Source of the DNA: a virus
Taxonomy: Duplodnaviria > Caudoviricetes
Length of the DNA stretch: 64,000 bases
Virus record (IMG/VR): IMGVR_UViG_3300028833_000068
Coordinates: 64,001 to 128,000 of that record
Reading direction: 5' to 3' (one strand)
Position numbers and translations under genes: made by a program. A model generated the notes under the pieces. That model did no database searches, was not told the origin of the DNA, and saw only the letters and a list, made by a program, of their open reading frames with translations. Below are positions 45,812-56,279 of this stretch, piece by piece. Every line of letters begins with the position of its first letter. The stretch's first letter is position 1.

Positions 45812-46846
45812 ATGAAACAAGAACTTGAAAAATTATACAATATTCTAACGATATTCCTTGGGGAATCAAAGGGAGGTTTTGATGAGAATAACTTCCAATA
45901 TCAATTCCCTTGTCCACACTGTGTTGAAAAATACGGATGGCAAGAAGCACGCAAACATAACCTAGAGGTTAATATCGGAAAAGGGGTTTACAGTTGTTGG
46001 AAATGCTCATCAGAAGGTGATGACATTATGCACGGTTCAATCAAGAAACTAATCAAGGCGTTTGGAAATGAAAAACTCCTTGATGAATATATGTCCATAA
46101 TGCGTTCCATTAGGGACAGCGAACTCTATAAATTGCATTTCAGTGATTTTAACATTGATACATCCATTGTTGAAAATGAAGAATTTAAGTTTCCATCAAC
46201 ATTCAAGTTCTTCAAGAAAGGAGAAAAATGTAATTATGGTGCATTGAAATATCTTAATGATAGAGGAATAGATTGGGATATAATTGAAAGGTATAAGATT
46301 GGATATACTGAGAAAGAGGAAGATTACAAGATGAAGAAATATTCATATCGTGTCATTATACCCTCTTATAATACCCTAGGAGACCTTAATTATTGGGTGG
46401 GTAGGGATTATCTACCCAAGAGTGATAAATTCCCTTCTAGGACAAAATATGCCAATCCAAAAGCAGAAAAAAAGGAGATAATATTTAATGAGGATAAAAT
46501 ACAATGGGATGCTGACATAACATTGGTTGAGGGTGCTTTTGACCACATAGTTGTACCTAACTCAATTCCATTGTTGGGTAAGGCATTGGATAAGGATTAC
46601 AAGTTATATTGGGATTTGATTACAAAGGCCAATGCCAACGTGAATATCTTCCTTGATTCTGATGCATATCAGACTGTTAAAGAGGTATATAAACTTCTCA
46701 ATCATGGTAGACTGTACGGTAAGGTCAGATATATACTTGTGGAGAATGATGAAGACCCGTCCTCACTGTTTCAAAAGGGGGGATATAAAGAAATTGCTAG
46801 GCATCTTGCAAATGCCCAACAAATTGATGAAGTGTATTTACAATGA
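45812..46846 (+). CDS. DNA primase
   Basis: CPHC..CWKC Zn finger, RVIIP, WVGR, KYANP, LVEGAFD, FLDSDA (TOPRIM). Confidence 0.92.
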   Translation: MKQELEKLYNILTIFLGESKGGFDENNFQYQFPCPHCVEKYGWQEARKHNLEVNIGKGVYSCWKCSSEGDDIMHGSIKKLIKAFGNEKLLDEYMSIMRSIRDSELYKLHFSDFNIDTSIVENEEFKFPSTFKFFKKGEKCNYGALKYLNDRGIDWDIIERYKIGYTEKEEDYKMKKYSYRVIIPSYNTLGDLNYWVGRDYLPKSDKFPSRTKYANPKAEKKEIIFNEDKIQWDADITLVEGAFDHIVVPNSIPLLGKALDKDYKLYWDLITKANANVNIFLDSDAYQTVKEVYKLLNHGRLYGKVRYILVENDEDPSSLFQKGGYKEIARHLANAQQIDEVYLQ

Positions 46847-47164
46847 TAACCAACCAATTTCAACACTTATATCATCCCTACAGTAGCTGTAAGTGACAGT
46901 GGTGACATCGAAACCATTTGACTTATACTTTGTCTTAATCCTGTCTGCAAGAGTTTCTAACTGTCCCTTTGACAATTCAACCTTCATGTACCTTTTAGTA
47001 GTATATTTGACAGAAAAGTCTACTGACATTTTCCCATCCTTTGCTGCTGTTTCTATCATTGCGTCAATTGCGTTGTACAGACTGTCAAGTGCATCTTGAG
47101 TACAAGCCATACAAACACTCTTATAGGCATAGCTACGTGCCATTGCTGCATTAATCATATTCAA
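46838..47164 (-). CDS. Hypothetical protein
   Basis: 108-aa ORF. Confidence 0.65.
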   Translation of the reverse strand: MNMINAAMARSYAYKSVCMACTQDALDSLYNAIDAMIETAAKDGKMSVDFSVKYTTKRYMKVELSKGQLETLADRIKTKYKSNGFDVTTVTYSYCRDDISVEIGWLSL

Positions 47165-47523
47165 TCTATTCTTTCAAGTTTAACTTCAATTACACCTCCC
47201 TGCCATGATGACAGTAACATACAGCCCCAGTTTTCTGAGACAGCTAGAGCGGTCTTAACCTTTTCGTTTTTGTAGTCTACCTCTATTATTGGTAGACCAC
47301 CATTAAGGATTAAATTATTTATCTTCTCTTGAGACTCCCAATCAAGATACTCAAAATCATAAGGAGCAGCTTGCTCTTGAGGATTGTTAACATCCTTTCC
47401 GTATACCCTATATGGTTTGCCACTCCTCAGCAAACGAATCTCGTATACTCTAACAATGCTGTTAAGGATTCTTCCCTCATAAGCCACATTAAATGGCTCT
47501 TTTAATACTACTTTATTAGACAT
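47161..47523 (-). CDS. Hypothetical protein
   Basis: First gene after hairpin-promoter module. Confidence 0.65.
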   Translation of the reverse strand: MSNKVVLKEPFNVAYEGRILNSIVRVYEIRLLRSGKPYRVYGKDVNNPQEQAAPYDFEYLDWESQEKINNLILNGGLPIIEVDYKNEKVKTALAVSENWGCMLLSSWQGGVIEVKLERID

Positions 47524-47539
47524 TTTTTACTTCACTTTT

Positions 47540-47593
47540 TGCAAATATACGAAAAAAAATTGAGGTGACAAAACTATCACCCCAATTTTTAAC
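47540..47593 (-). promoter_or_regulatory. Hairpin-promoter module
   Basis: aaaaattgaggtga...tcaccccaattttt plus TATATTTGCA. Confidence 0.75.
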
Positions 47594-47598
47594 ATATT

Positions 47599-50253
47599 TT
47601 ATGATTCATTTTGAACTGTCCATTTATTATCTTCATCTATTCCTGGAATACCATCATTTCCTATTGGCCAAGTAACACCATTTTTCTTTACAAATGTACC
47701 ATTCTCTGCTACATTAAATACCCAATCATTTGTGCATTGATATGCTGATATATCAGTTGAAAGGCACTTTATATAGTTAAGACTTATACAGTCGCAAAAC
47801 ATCTCTCCACAAGAATAATCTGCCATTTTAGTTACTTGAAGTTCTGGCGCTGTTTCTAATGCTGAACATCCTTTGAACATACCATTATAGCAATATTTCG
47901 TCAATGTCGTTGCTGACAATGTTGTTGCAGTTGTAGAAGTCAAACTAGTACAATCGTGGAACATATACGTATAACAACCCTCAGCTAATGTGGTAGCGGG
48001 AAGACTCGGAGTTTCTGTTAAATTCCTACAATTTTCAAACATTTGTTTATAACAAGAATTTCCTAACACAGTTGCTGGCAGATTTGGTGGCGTTGTTATA
48101 CTAGTTCCATTGAACATATATGCATAAGCTAACATAGGCACATATTGGGCGGCTAATAAATCACTAGGAACGCTAGTAATTCCACTACAACCAGCAAACA
48201 TACTAGAATAACACTGGTCTGCTAATACTGTTGCTGGTAACAATCCACTAGGAACACTAGTTAGTTTAGTGCCTCCAAACATACCAGCATAACATCCACT
48301 TGCAAGTTCAGTTGATGGTAAATAATTCCAACTAAGGCTTGTAATTCCACTACATCCGCCAAACATATTACTATAGCAATCTTTTTCCATCTTTGTTGCG
48401 CTTAAGATAGGAAGGCTTGTCAAATTAGTATCTGCAAACATATACCCATAACAACCCTCAGCTAATGTGGTAGCGGGAAGTTCTGGGCCTTCTACTAAGT
48501 TATTACAGTCATAGAACATACCATAATAACAATATTTAGTCAATGTAGCTGGAACTAATTTAATTCCACTTGCATCAGTTAAACCAGTACAATTCATAAA
48601 TAAATTAACAAATGGTCCATCTATTTCCCCAGTCCCACTTGCCTTACTAGGGAATTTTGTTTTATCTGCAAAGAAATCTCCGTATAGTAATGATAATGGA
48701 TTTCCACTTACTTTAAATTTTAAATTACTTGTAGTAAAAGTTCCTATACCAGGAGATGCTTGATAACCTGGAACTTCATTTGGCATAAGTTCTCCTTTAA
48801 AATAAATTACATCACCCACATTAAGAGAATCAACGTTAAGCCTTTGTTCACCGTGTTCTGTACTTGCATTTGGCACTTCTTGCCAAGTTGCCCCTTTATC
48901 AAGAGAAGCATATAACTTACCACTAGTAGTTCTATTAGTCCAATAAATTGCAGTTCCCCAATCTGCTGGGTCTACTGTTAATTTTTCAGTAATTTCAAAT
49001 GTTAAATATTCAGAACAAGCAACTGCTCCCATATATTGTTCTATATAAATTGTCTTTCCACTTTCACACTCTTCATCAGAACTAGTTAATTTTGGAGTAC
49101 AAGTACCACTTATAGTTTGTTGTGTATTATTCTCTTTAAACTTAATTAAGACTGACCTACCATCTGAGTCCAAAAATGGACTTCCGTCATTGTTAATTGT
49201 TCCTTCTGTCTCTACAAAAACGAAATTGTTAAAGTCTGATTCATTTTGTACAGTATATGCTGTAATTGTTCCGCCAGCTTGAGGTACATAGAACTTTTCT
49301 TGTGCTCGACTAATAGAAGAACAAGAGAAACTTGTTTTAGCCAATTGTGTAATAGTTATATCACTATTTTCACATTCAATTCCATTATTTTTCGCCTTAA
49401 TGGTAAATATTCTATCAGACCCTGTATTGTTTTCATAAATCTTTGTGATTTTAATTGGATTGGCAGAAGTATTTATATCTATTATTCCGTCAGTAGAGCT
49501 TTGGAAACCATTAATAAACACAGATGTTGTAAACGAACAACCGCTTCTTCCAATATTATACAAGTTTATATCTGTCGTTCTACCGCTATAAGGAATTATA
49601 GTATCACTTTGACTTAAAACCTTAGATAAGAATTGGCAACAATCAATCAACAATGGTGTTGCATGTAATTGCTTTATATTAACAACTTTATCATTACAAA
49701 GTTCATTATTAAAATAAGGCTTTATTGTTATATTATTATCAAGAAATATAGAGGTATTTTGTTTTGCAGATATATTAAAAGAATTACTATTTTTAATGGT
49801 TTCCTCAACGGTTCCATCAACCTCAAAAGTAAACAAGTCCTTGCAAGCACTGTCAAAATTATAAATGTTATAACTTTGCATTGCATTTGCTGGTATCGTA
49901 AGTCCATCAAGATAACTACTAGTTAAAGAACTGCAAGCACATGTAACACCAAAACCTTTTTGTACAATTGTCACTTGAGCAGCGTTAAATCCACTACATC
50001 TTTCACCATTAATGAATGGTTCAATTGTAACTATAGTTCCCCTATCAGCTTCGTTAGGGTTTGATTTTGCTTTAAGAGTTATTCTGTTGTCAGCAATGCT
50101 AGATAGTGATAACCAATCACTAGCAGTACTAGGTATATTTATGGAACTATCATAAATTTGCATTGACCCATCACTACATTCATCGCTTATACTATAGACA
50201 ATTGCAATATTGTGTTCATTTCTATCAATTTGTATCGAACGATTATCAGCCAT
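47599..50253 (-). CDS. BACON/Ig-like repeats plus BspA-type leucine-rich repeat protein
   Basis: N-terminal beta modules ending in I.Q; about 11 LPATTLAxxCYxxMFxxCxxL repeats. Confidence 0.8.
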   Translation of the reverse strand: MADNRSIQIDRNEHNIAIVYSISDECSDGSMQIYDSSINIPSTASDWLSLSSIADNRITLKAKSNPNEADRGTIVTIEPFINGERCSGFNAAQVTIVQKGFGVTCACSSLTSSYLDGLTIPANAMQSYNIYNFDSACKDLFTFEVDGTVEETIKNSNSFNISAKQNTSIFLDNNITIKPYFNNELCNDKVVNIKQLHATPLLIDCCQFLSKVLSQSDTIIPYSGRTTDINLYNIGRSGCSFTTSVFINGFQSSTDGIIDINTSANPIKITKIYENNTGSDRIFTIKAKNNGIECENSDITITQLAKTSFSCSSISRAQEKFYVPQAGGTITAYTVQNESDFNNFVFVETEGTINNDGSPFLDSDGRSVLIKFKENNTQQTISGTCTPKLTSSDEECESGKTIYIEQYMGAVACSEYLTFEITEKLTVDPADWGTAIYWTNRTTSGKLYASLDKGATWQEVPNASTEHGEQRLNVDSLNVGDVIYFKGELMPNEVPGYQASPGIGTFTTSNLKFKVSGNPLSLLYGDFFADKTKFPSKASGTGEIDGPFVNLFMNCTGLTDASGIKLVPATLTKYCYYGMFYDCNNLVEGPELPATTLAEGCYGYMFADTNLTSLPILSATKMEKDCYSNMFGGCSGITSLSWNYLPSTELASGCYAGMFGGTKLTSVPSGLLPATVLADQCYSSMFAGCSGITSVPSDLLAAQYVPMLAYAYMFNGTSITTPPNLPATVLGNSCYKQMFENCRNLTETPSLPATTLAEGCYTYMFHDCTSLTSTTATTLSATTLTKYCYNGMFKGCSALETAPELQVTKMADYSCGEMFCDCISLNYIKCLSTDISAYQCTNDWVFNVAENGTFVKKNGVTWPIGNDGIPGIDEDNKWTVQNES
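47971..48480. repeat. Exact 33-bp direct repeat (47971-48003 and 48448-48480) within LRR array
   Basis: ataacaaccctcagctaatgtggtagcgggaag occurs twice. Confidence 0.85.
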
Positions 50254-50295
50254 AAAAATTATTTTTTTATTTGAATTATTATTTGAAACATTTAT

Positions 50296-50481
50296 TTAAT
50301 TTTCCTCAAGGGAAATATATTTCTTAACATACTTATCAATATCTATTATCCTACCATCCTCATCAAAAAGTTTATATGTGGATATTCCATTTTTATTAAT
50401 CCCAAACACCACTTTATTATATGGTATATACTTTTCAATTGATGACCATGTTATATCATCTTCACCATATATTCTAGACAT
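50296..50481 (-). CDS. Hypothetical protein
   Basis: 61-aa ORF downstream of amidase. Confidence 0.55.
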   Translation of the reverse strand: MSRIYGEDDITWSSIEKYIPYNKVVFGINKNGISTYKLFDEDGRIIDIDKYVKKYISLEEN

Positions 50482-50483
50482 GA

Positions 50484-51131
50484 TTATTTCCCTTTCTTAT
50501 AATTAATAAAATCAATTATTCCCTCAACGTGAAGTCTCACAACACCATGAACACCTTCGTCAGATGTAAGATATTTAAGGTCTTCCTTATTATCATAAAA
50601 GAAGTTTTCTGTTAATACAGCAGCACACTTTGCCTTTTTAATGATGTAGAAGTCTGCTTCCTTATCTCTATCACCATCAGTCCAATCTTCCCTTATCTTT
50701 CTACCTTTTAAATTGGAATCTGCCCTCTTATAAAGGAAATCAGCCAATGTATCTGAAATTGTCTTTCCTCTTGTAGTATATGCTTCCCAACCCTTTCCAT
50801 TCATCCATTGTGATGAATCTCCAACAGCATTCGCATGAACTGATACAAGAAGAACATTTGAAGCACCTTCCTTATTACAAATTGTGTTTATTCTTCTAAT
50901 CCTTTCAGCTAATGAAACATCTACTGTTTCTGGGGTAACCAATCTAGCATCATATTTCATATCTTTTAGTTTATCAACTATCATTTCAGATATTACTCTA
51001 GTATACTTCCATTCTTTGAATCTACCCTTTTCAACGAAGTCAGAAGGAACATTTAAGTCACTACCTTCAAGAATCGGGGATTGCTTTCCGAGCGTATTAT
51101 ACCCATGTCCGTTATCTATTAATATTATCAT
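50484..51131 (-). CDS. N-acetylmuramoyl-L-alanine amidase (Amidase_3; probable endolysin)
   Basis: IDNGHG, E, VSVHANA, AVLTENFF. Confidence 0.93.
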   Translation of the reverse strand: MIILIDNGHGYNTLGKQSPILEGSDLNVPSDFVEKGRFKEWKYTRVISEMIVDKLKDMKYDARLVTPETVDVSLAERIRRINTICNKEGASNVLLVSVHANAVGDSSQWMNGKGWEAYTTRGKTISDTLADFLYKRADSNLKGRKIREDWTDGDRDKEADFYIIKKAKCAAVLTENFFYDNKEDLKYLTSDEGVHGVVRLHVEGIIDFINYKKGK

Positions 51132-51174
51132 AATATTTGTTTTTTCATATAAATATCTTATTTTTTATAAAAAG

Positions 51175-51486
51175 ATGGGATACGTTTATTTAATTGGAGA
51201 AGAAAATGATGAAAGCAAATATAAAATTGGTTCAACCAAATGCAAAGACATTAACAATAGGTTGAAACAACTTCAAACTGGGAATTCCAATCCTTTATTT
51301 ATTCGTGAATACTATGAGACATCACGTCCATTCAAGTTGGAAACAATGCTCCATAATAGATTCAAGAATAATAATGTCATTGGAGAGTGGTTTGAACTAA
51401 GTGACGATGATATAAAAGCGTTCAAAGATGAATGCGAGCATTTTCAAACCATAATTGATAGTTTAAAAGAAAATCCGTACTTCTAA
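51175..51486 (+). CDS. GIY-YIG / T5orf172-like nuclease domain protein
   Basis: MGYVYLI, YKIG, RLKQLQTGN, LETMLH, GEWF. Confidence 0.85.
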   Translation: MGYVYLIGEENDESKYKIGSTKCKDINNRLKQLQTGNSNPLFIREYYETSRPFKLETMLHNRFKNNNVIGEWFELSDDDIKAFKDECEHFQTIIDSLKENPYF

Positions 51487-51502
51487 ATGAAATACGGATT
51501 TT
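51470..51502. terminator. Bidirectional terminator
   Basis: aaaatccgta...tacggatttt. Confidence 0.65.
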
Positions 51503-51516
51503 CCTTATTTAAGAGT

Positions 51517-54500
51517 TTATTGCTTATTCTCTAGATTTTCCAATCTTGCTTTCAAGTCCATTATGGTGTTCTTCAAAGCTTCATTTTCATTCTCAAGATA
51601 GCCAATCTTAAGCATCATTAATGATGTATAATCAACTGCCTTATAGCCATCTTCCTTGGTGAAAACAATCTCATTAAGACCTTGTTCTTCAACCTCTTGT
51701 GCAATGATACCATAGACCTTATCCTTATTTGGATTATCCTTGAAGTTGAATTCCTTAATCTCAACCTTTCTTGCTGCAATCTTCTTGTTGATGTCAGCAT
51801 TGTTGATATTCTCTTTCAAGTTAACGTCTGATGAATAGATTGCACTAGTTGCAGTAATTTGTCCAGCAACGTTTAAAGAACCTGGAACATTAAGAGTTGT
51901 TGTAGCTGCATCCCAGTTTGTAAGATGTTGCAACTGATTTGCAATTCTCAATGTTGTTGCAGTTGACCCATTATAGGTTGTATCACTTGTGCTAGGAACG
52001 CCAGTTTGTACTGTAAGTGCTGCCAAATCATTTGTAAGTTCACTCGTACTAGTAGGCACTGTGATGTTAATCGTTGAAACACCAGTTGGATTATAAGTTC
52101 CAACATTTGTGCCATTCTTCTGAATTGTAAGTGTTTGAACTCCACTCAAATGGCTTAAATTACTTGGAATATTAAATGATTTTCCAGTCGAACCATTATA
52201 TCCAGCACCATCGGCAGATGGAGCGCCTAAAGCCCAAGTAAGCGAACTCAAGTCATTTGTGAATGCCTTTATTGTTGTTGGTAAACTAAATGTTGCATTT
52301 CCATCCTTTGGATTAAATGTAGTAGTTCCACCAGTTTGGTCTTTTAAGGTAAGAGTGCCAACACCATCCAAATGAGACAATGAGCTTGGAATTGTAATAC
52401 CCTTTGCGCTAGAACCATTATATCCAGTAGAATCAGCAATCGGTGTACCTAATGACCAAGTTAATTTCTCTAGGTCATTGTCCAAATCACTTATTTTAGT
52501 TACTCCAGTGATAGTAATTGCTGTACTAGTTCCTGGATGGAATGTAACAGTATTCAAACCTTGTGTTATGGTAAAAGTGCTATTCTTAATGGTGTTTTCA
52601 ACTCCAGTTGCACGACTAATTTCATTAGTAATTGCAGTTTGTAATTCAGTTTCAGCACTAGTTGCACGTGTTACCTCATTGCTGATTGCAGTTTGTAAGT
52701 TTCCACTAATAGCATTTACTTCTGATTTTGTATAATAATTGCTTGGGTCAAATATTTGATTAAGTTCAATTTTTATAGTTTCTTGACCAGCATCTGTATT
52801 AAATACTATAACAAGTTGTCTATTAGTGTTATCAAGATATACTGAATTAACCATTCCATCCTTAATGAAATTAGTTGCATCAATGCTATCTATAATTACA
52901 CCATTTTTATTTTTGAAATCAATGGTTTTACCACTTGGGTTATAGTCAGCGTAATGAACAGCATCAGCCTTTCTTTCACTGATTTCAGTGTTAAGCGCTG
53001 TTTGTAACGTTGTCTCAGCATTAGTTGCACGTGTAACTTCATTATCAATTGCAGTTCGCAATGCTGTATCAGCAGTTGTACGATTAGTAATCTCAGTTTC
53101 TAATGCGCCACTTAATGCATTATCAAAGTTTGTTGAACGAGTAACTTCTGCTGTCAAGTCAGCTTGCAATTGGTCATCTCTATTACTTGAACGAGTAATC
53201 TCAGCATTAAGATTTGAAGTTAATGTGCTCTCAGCATTAGTTGCACGTGTTCTCTCAGTATCAATTGCAGTATTCAATGCTGTTTCAGCACTTTGAGCAC
53301 GATTCTTCTCTGCTGTAATCTTATCATCTAAGTCATTCTCAGCATTGGTTGCACGAGTTACCTCATTACTGATTGCAGTTTCATTTGCAGAAATCTTAGT
53401 ATCATGTTCATTATCCTTTGCAACTGAATGACTAATCTCATTATCAAGCTTAGTGTTAAGAGTTGTTTCTGCGCTGATTGCACGATTTGTCTCAGTTACA
53501 ATTTCATTATGTAATGTTGTCTCAGCACTCGTTGCACGAGTAGTTTCTGCTATTAAATCTGTGCGCAATTGATTTTCAACTCCAGTCGCACGAGTTTCCT
53601 CTGCATTAACATCATTGATTCTATCTTGAATCTCAGTGTTCAATGCTCCGCTTAAAGCGTTAAACTTAGCAGTTACATTATTAGTGTCAGCAGTTGTAAA
53701 TCCAGTACCAATCTTATCGGTTAGAATTGTTTCAGCACTAATAGCACGATTTCTTTCCTCAGTGTCCGCACTAACTCTATAATCTATCTCCTCATTAATT
53801 AGATTTCTTAATGCATTATCTTCACTTGCTCTATCAATACCTTCTTGGATAAGTTTATCATTTAATACACCAAACTGATATGTAACTGTTTCAAATGCAT
53901 TACTAGAGAAACCGCTACCAATCGTTGATTTAATATCTGATATATCATTGTCGTGCTCATGGTCCTTTTGTTCAGAACGCTCAATTTCAGCATTTAATAC
54001 ATCTCTTATTTCATTTTCAACACTAGTTGCACGTTGTATCTCGTGATTAATATCATAAGCATTCTTAGTAATACCACTATTTGAAACATAGAGTGCATTG
54101 TTTTCATAATCAATTACGAGAATATTATCATCTTTTGGTGATGTTGTTGCACTAGCATAAAGAATGTCTGAACCAGTTGCAGCACTAACTCTTCTTAACT
54201 TAATTGCTTGGTTATCGTTGTCATCAGCTGGTTTCCATTCATTAATTAATCCTCTCAAAGGAATACGCTCCTCTTTACGAGTTGTTCCTGAATAGTAGAC
54301 AATAACCAATGTCTCGTCACTTGGGTCATAGGTTATGCTATCAATGAATGAAATATTGTCAACAACTGCCTCTCTAGTATTAACACCAGTAGACTGAGTT
54401 GAGTCTGAATAGTAAAGTATAATCTTTGTGCCCCCACTATAATTTTCAGTCTTCAAATCAATAAAATTAAATAAACCATCTTCTAATAGTCTGATTGTAT

Positions 54501-56274
54501 TACCACTTTGAGAACTTAAGTTAACCTTAATATCAGCCTTTTTACCTACTTGAGGATATGCAATATCGCCAATTTCTACGTTGATTGATGAATCAGCACT
54601 GATAGTCTTTAAGCTTGCTTGCGTGTTTGCACTAAGTTCAGCAATCTCATTATCATGTTTTGTATCAGCACTTTCAGAACGAGCAATCTCAGTATCAATC
54701 TTACCACTTAATGTATCAAGGACGTTCTTAACAGTTGTTGCTCCAGTTACATCATACTTGATGTTATCAGCTTCACCCCTTACATAAAGCTCATGGTTTC
54801 TATCTTCTAGAATATTATGTGCGGCTGTTGTTGCAATTTTAGCATCGGCAGAAAGCTTATCCTTTCCAGCAACATCTCTGTTTTTATAAAGATTAATATT
54901 ATGTCCTTCATTAAAGACATCCCACTCATCTATCATTTTCCCAATAGGGATTCTGACTATTTTTTCTTCTCCCTTATCATCAGTGTATGTTAAAACAAGT
55001 TCTTCTGTGACTGTATCATAGTAAATGTATTTAAACACTTCAACAGTATTAAGTTCAATTTCTGTTTTTTTGTCAACAATTTGTCCATTATCATTTAAAC
55101 TAGATACTTTGAAAATAAGTTTATTCTCATTGGAAATATATTCAAGTTTTGAACTTGCAAAAAAACCATCAACTTTATTAACAATAATATTATTACTATC
55201 ATTAGATAACTTTAGTTTAGTTAACTCGTCAAGAACAGATTTAACACTAGTTTTTTCTCCGTCTTTATAGTATATAATATTACTTGCTTTTCCATCAACA
55301 TATAAACATCTTCCATCACTTGTTCTATTGAGAATATTACTAGATGTGGCAAGTTTTTCATATTGCTTAGTTATAGGATTAATGGTTTCATCTTTAATTC
55401 TAATGTCAGCACTTAATATATCTTGGTTTGGTTTATGATGAACATAATCTGGGCTATCCATCTTTACCTCAGTTTTTGTGAGAATAACTGGAGTTTTAGT
55501 TCCTTCATCCACTGTCCATTCATCAATCAAATTAGTGCAATCAATCTTAACTGGTTCATCAATATCCTTAATATCTAACCATATTGATTGGTCTTCAATA
55601 TGATATGTACCACCAGTCACATAATGATTAAGAAGAGGAACAGTAGTTCCACTTTCATCATTAACCTTAAAAGTAAACTCTTCTTTTTCTTCATCATAAT
55701 TAAGGTCAATGTAGATGAATAAACCTTCATATTTTTTATCACCAGTAGGGTTGGTTACTATTCTTAGGTCATTTTTTCTAACAATTCCTTCTTCTGGAAA
55801 TATTGTAGATTCTGCGACCTTAACTTCACCGCTAATGAAAGTACTATCATCAGTCTTTTCTGCAAACATATTTAAGGTGGTACTGCTCAATGCAGTAACA
55901 GTAAGACTCTTGATTGCATCTTCAAGAGCTTGACCAAGGTCTTCGATTTCAGCTTCTGTTTTATCAATATCGATAATACAAAATTTATTATAGTCATTTG
56001 TCCACCCATCTTCATTTGTGTCTGCACCGATACAGAACATTATATGAGGTTCTTCACCATCAATAGCATATCTAAGAATAGTAGGTTCTGCCAAAAGAGA
56101 ACGTCCATAGTGAGGCTCGTCACCTTCTAGTACCTCGTTACGCCATATATCTTCATAAATATACTTTTTTGCTGCGCTTCTAGCTTTATCTAAAGTTGGA
56201 GCAGTAAACACATCACTGTGGTGTCTAAATTGTAATCTATTAATCGTATTCATTGTATATATTTTTTCTTTCAA
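51517..56274 (-). CDS. Long tail fibre with coiled-coil repeats and C-terminal peptidase S74 chaperone
   Basis: E.TRAT.AE repeats; SSDVNLKENI...YGIIAQEVEE...VDY. Confidence 0.85.
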   Translation of the reverse strand: MKEKIYTMNTINRLQFRHHSDVFTAPTLDKARSAAKKYIYEDIWRNEVLEGDEPHYGRSLLAEPTILRYAIDGEEPHIMFCIGADTNEDGWTNDYNKFCIIDIDKTEAEIEDLGQALEDAIKSLTVTALSSTTLNMFAEKTDDSTFISGEVKVAESTIFPEEGIVRKNDLRIVTNPTGDKKYEGLFIYIDLNYDEEKEEFTFKVNDESGTTVPLLNHYVTGGTYHIEDQSIWLDIKDIDEPVKIDCTNLIDEWTVDEGTKTPVILTKTEVKMDSPDYVHHKPNQDILSADIRIKDETINPITKQYEKLATSSNILNRTSDGRCLYVDGKASNIIYYKDGEKTSVKSVLDELTKLKLSNDSNNIIVNKVDGFFASSKLEYISNENKLIFKVSSLNDNGQIVDKKTEIELNTVEVFKYIYYDTVTEELVLTYTDDKGEEKIVRIPIGKMIDEWDVFNEGHNINLYKNRDVAGKDKLSADAKIATTAAHNILEDRNHELYVRGEADNIKYDVTGATTVKNVLDTLSGKIDTEIARSESADTKHDNEIAELSANTQASLKTISADSSINVEIGDIAYPQVGKKADIKVNLSSQSGNTIRLLEDGLFNFIDLKTENYSGGTKIILYYSDSTQSTGVNTREAVVDNISFIDSITYDPSDETLVIVYYSGTTRKEERIPLRGLINEWKPADDNDNQAIKLRRVSAATGSDILYASATTSPKDDNILVIDYENNALYVSNSGITKNAYDINHEIQRATSVENEIRDVLNAEIERSEQKDHEHDNDISDIKSTIGSGFSSNAFETVTYQFGVLNDKLIQEGIDRASEDNALRNLINEEIDYRVSADTEERNRAISAETILTDKIGTGFTTADTNNVTAKFNALSGALNTEIQDRINDVNAEETRATGVENQLRTDLIAETTRATSAETTLHNEIVTETNRAISAETTLNTKLDNEISHSVAKDNEHDTKISANETAISNEVTRATNAENDLDDKITAEKNRAQSAETALNTAIDTERTRATNAESTLTSNLNAEITRSSNRDDQLQADLTAEVTRSTNFDNALSGALETEITNRTTADTALRTAIDNEVTRATNAETTLQTALNTEISERKADAVHYADYNPSGKTIDFKNKNGVIIDSIDATNFIKDGMVNSVYLDNTNRQLVIVFNTDAGQETIKIELNQIFDPSNYYTKSEVNAISGNLQTAISNEVTRATSAETELQTAITNEISRATGVENTIKNSTFTITQGLNTVTFHPGTSTAITITGVTKISDLDNDLEKLTWSLGTPIADSTGYNGSSAKGITIPSSLSHLDGVGTLTLKDQTGGTTTFNPKDGNATFSLPTTIKAFTNDLSSLTWALGAPSADGAGYNGSTGKSFNIPSNLSHLSGVQTLTIQKNGTNVGTYNPTGVSTINITVPTSTSELTNDLAALTVQTGVPSTSDTTYNGSTATTLRIANQLQHLTNWDAATTTLNVPGSLNVAGQITATSAIYSSDVNLKENINNADINKKIAARKVEIKEFNFKDNPNKDKVYGIIAQEVEEQGLNEIVFTKEDGYKAVDYTSLMMLKIGYLENENEALKNTIMDLKARLENLENKQ

Positions 56275-56279
56275 TGTTA

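Noticed and set aside
50884-51174. N-terminal half of the 200-aa track ORF
   Set aside because: Overlaps the amidase antisense; the real GIY-YIG gene starts at ATG 51175
52590-54040. CRISPR-like periodic gttgcacg repeats
   Set aside because: They encode the RAT coiled-coil repeats of the tail fibre; no constant repeat-spacer array or cas genes
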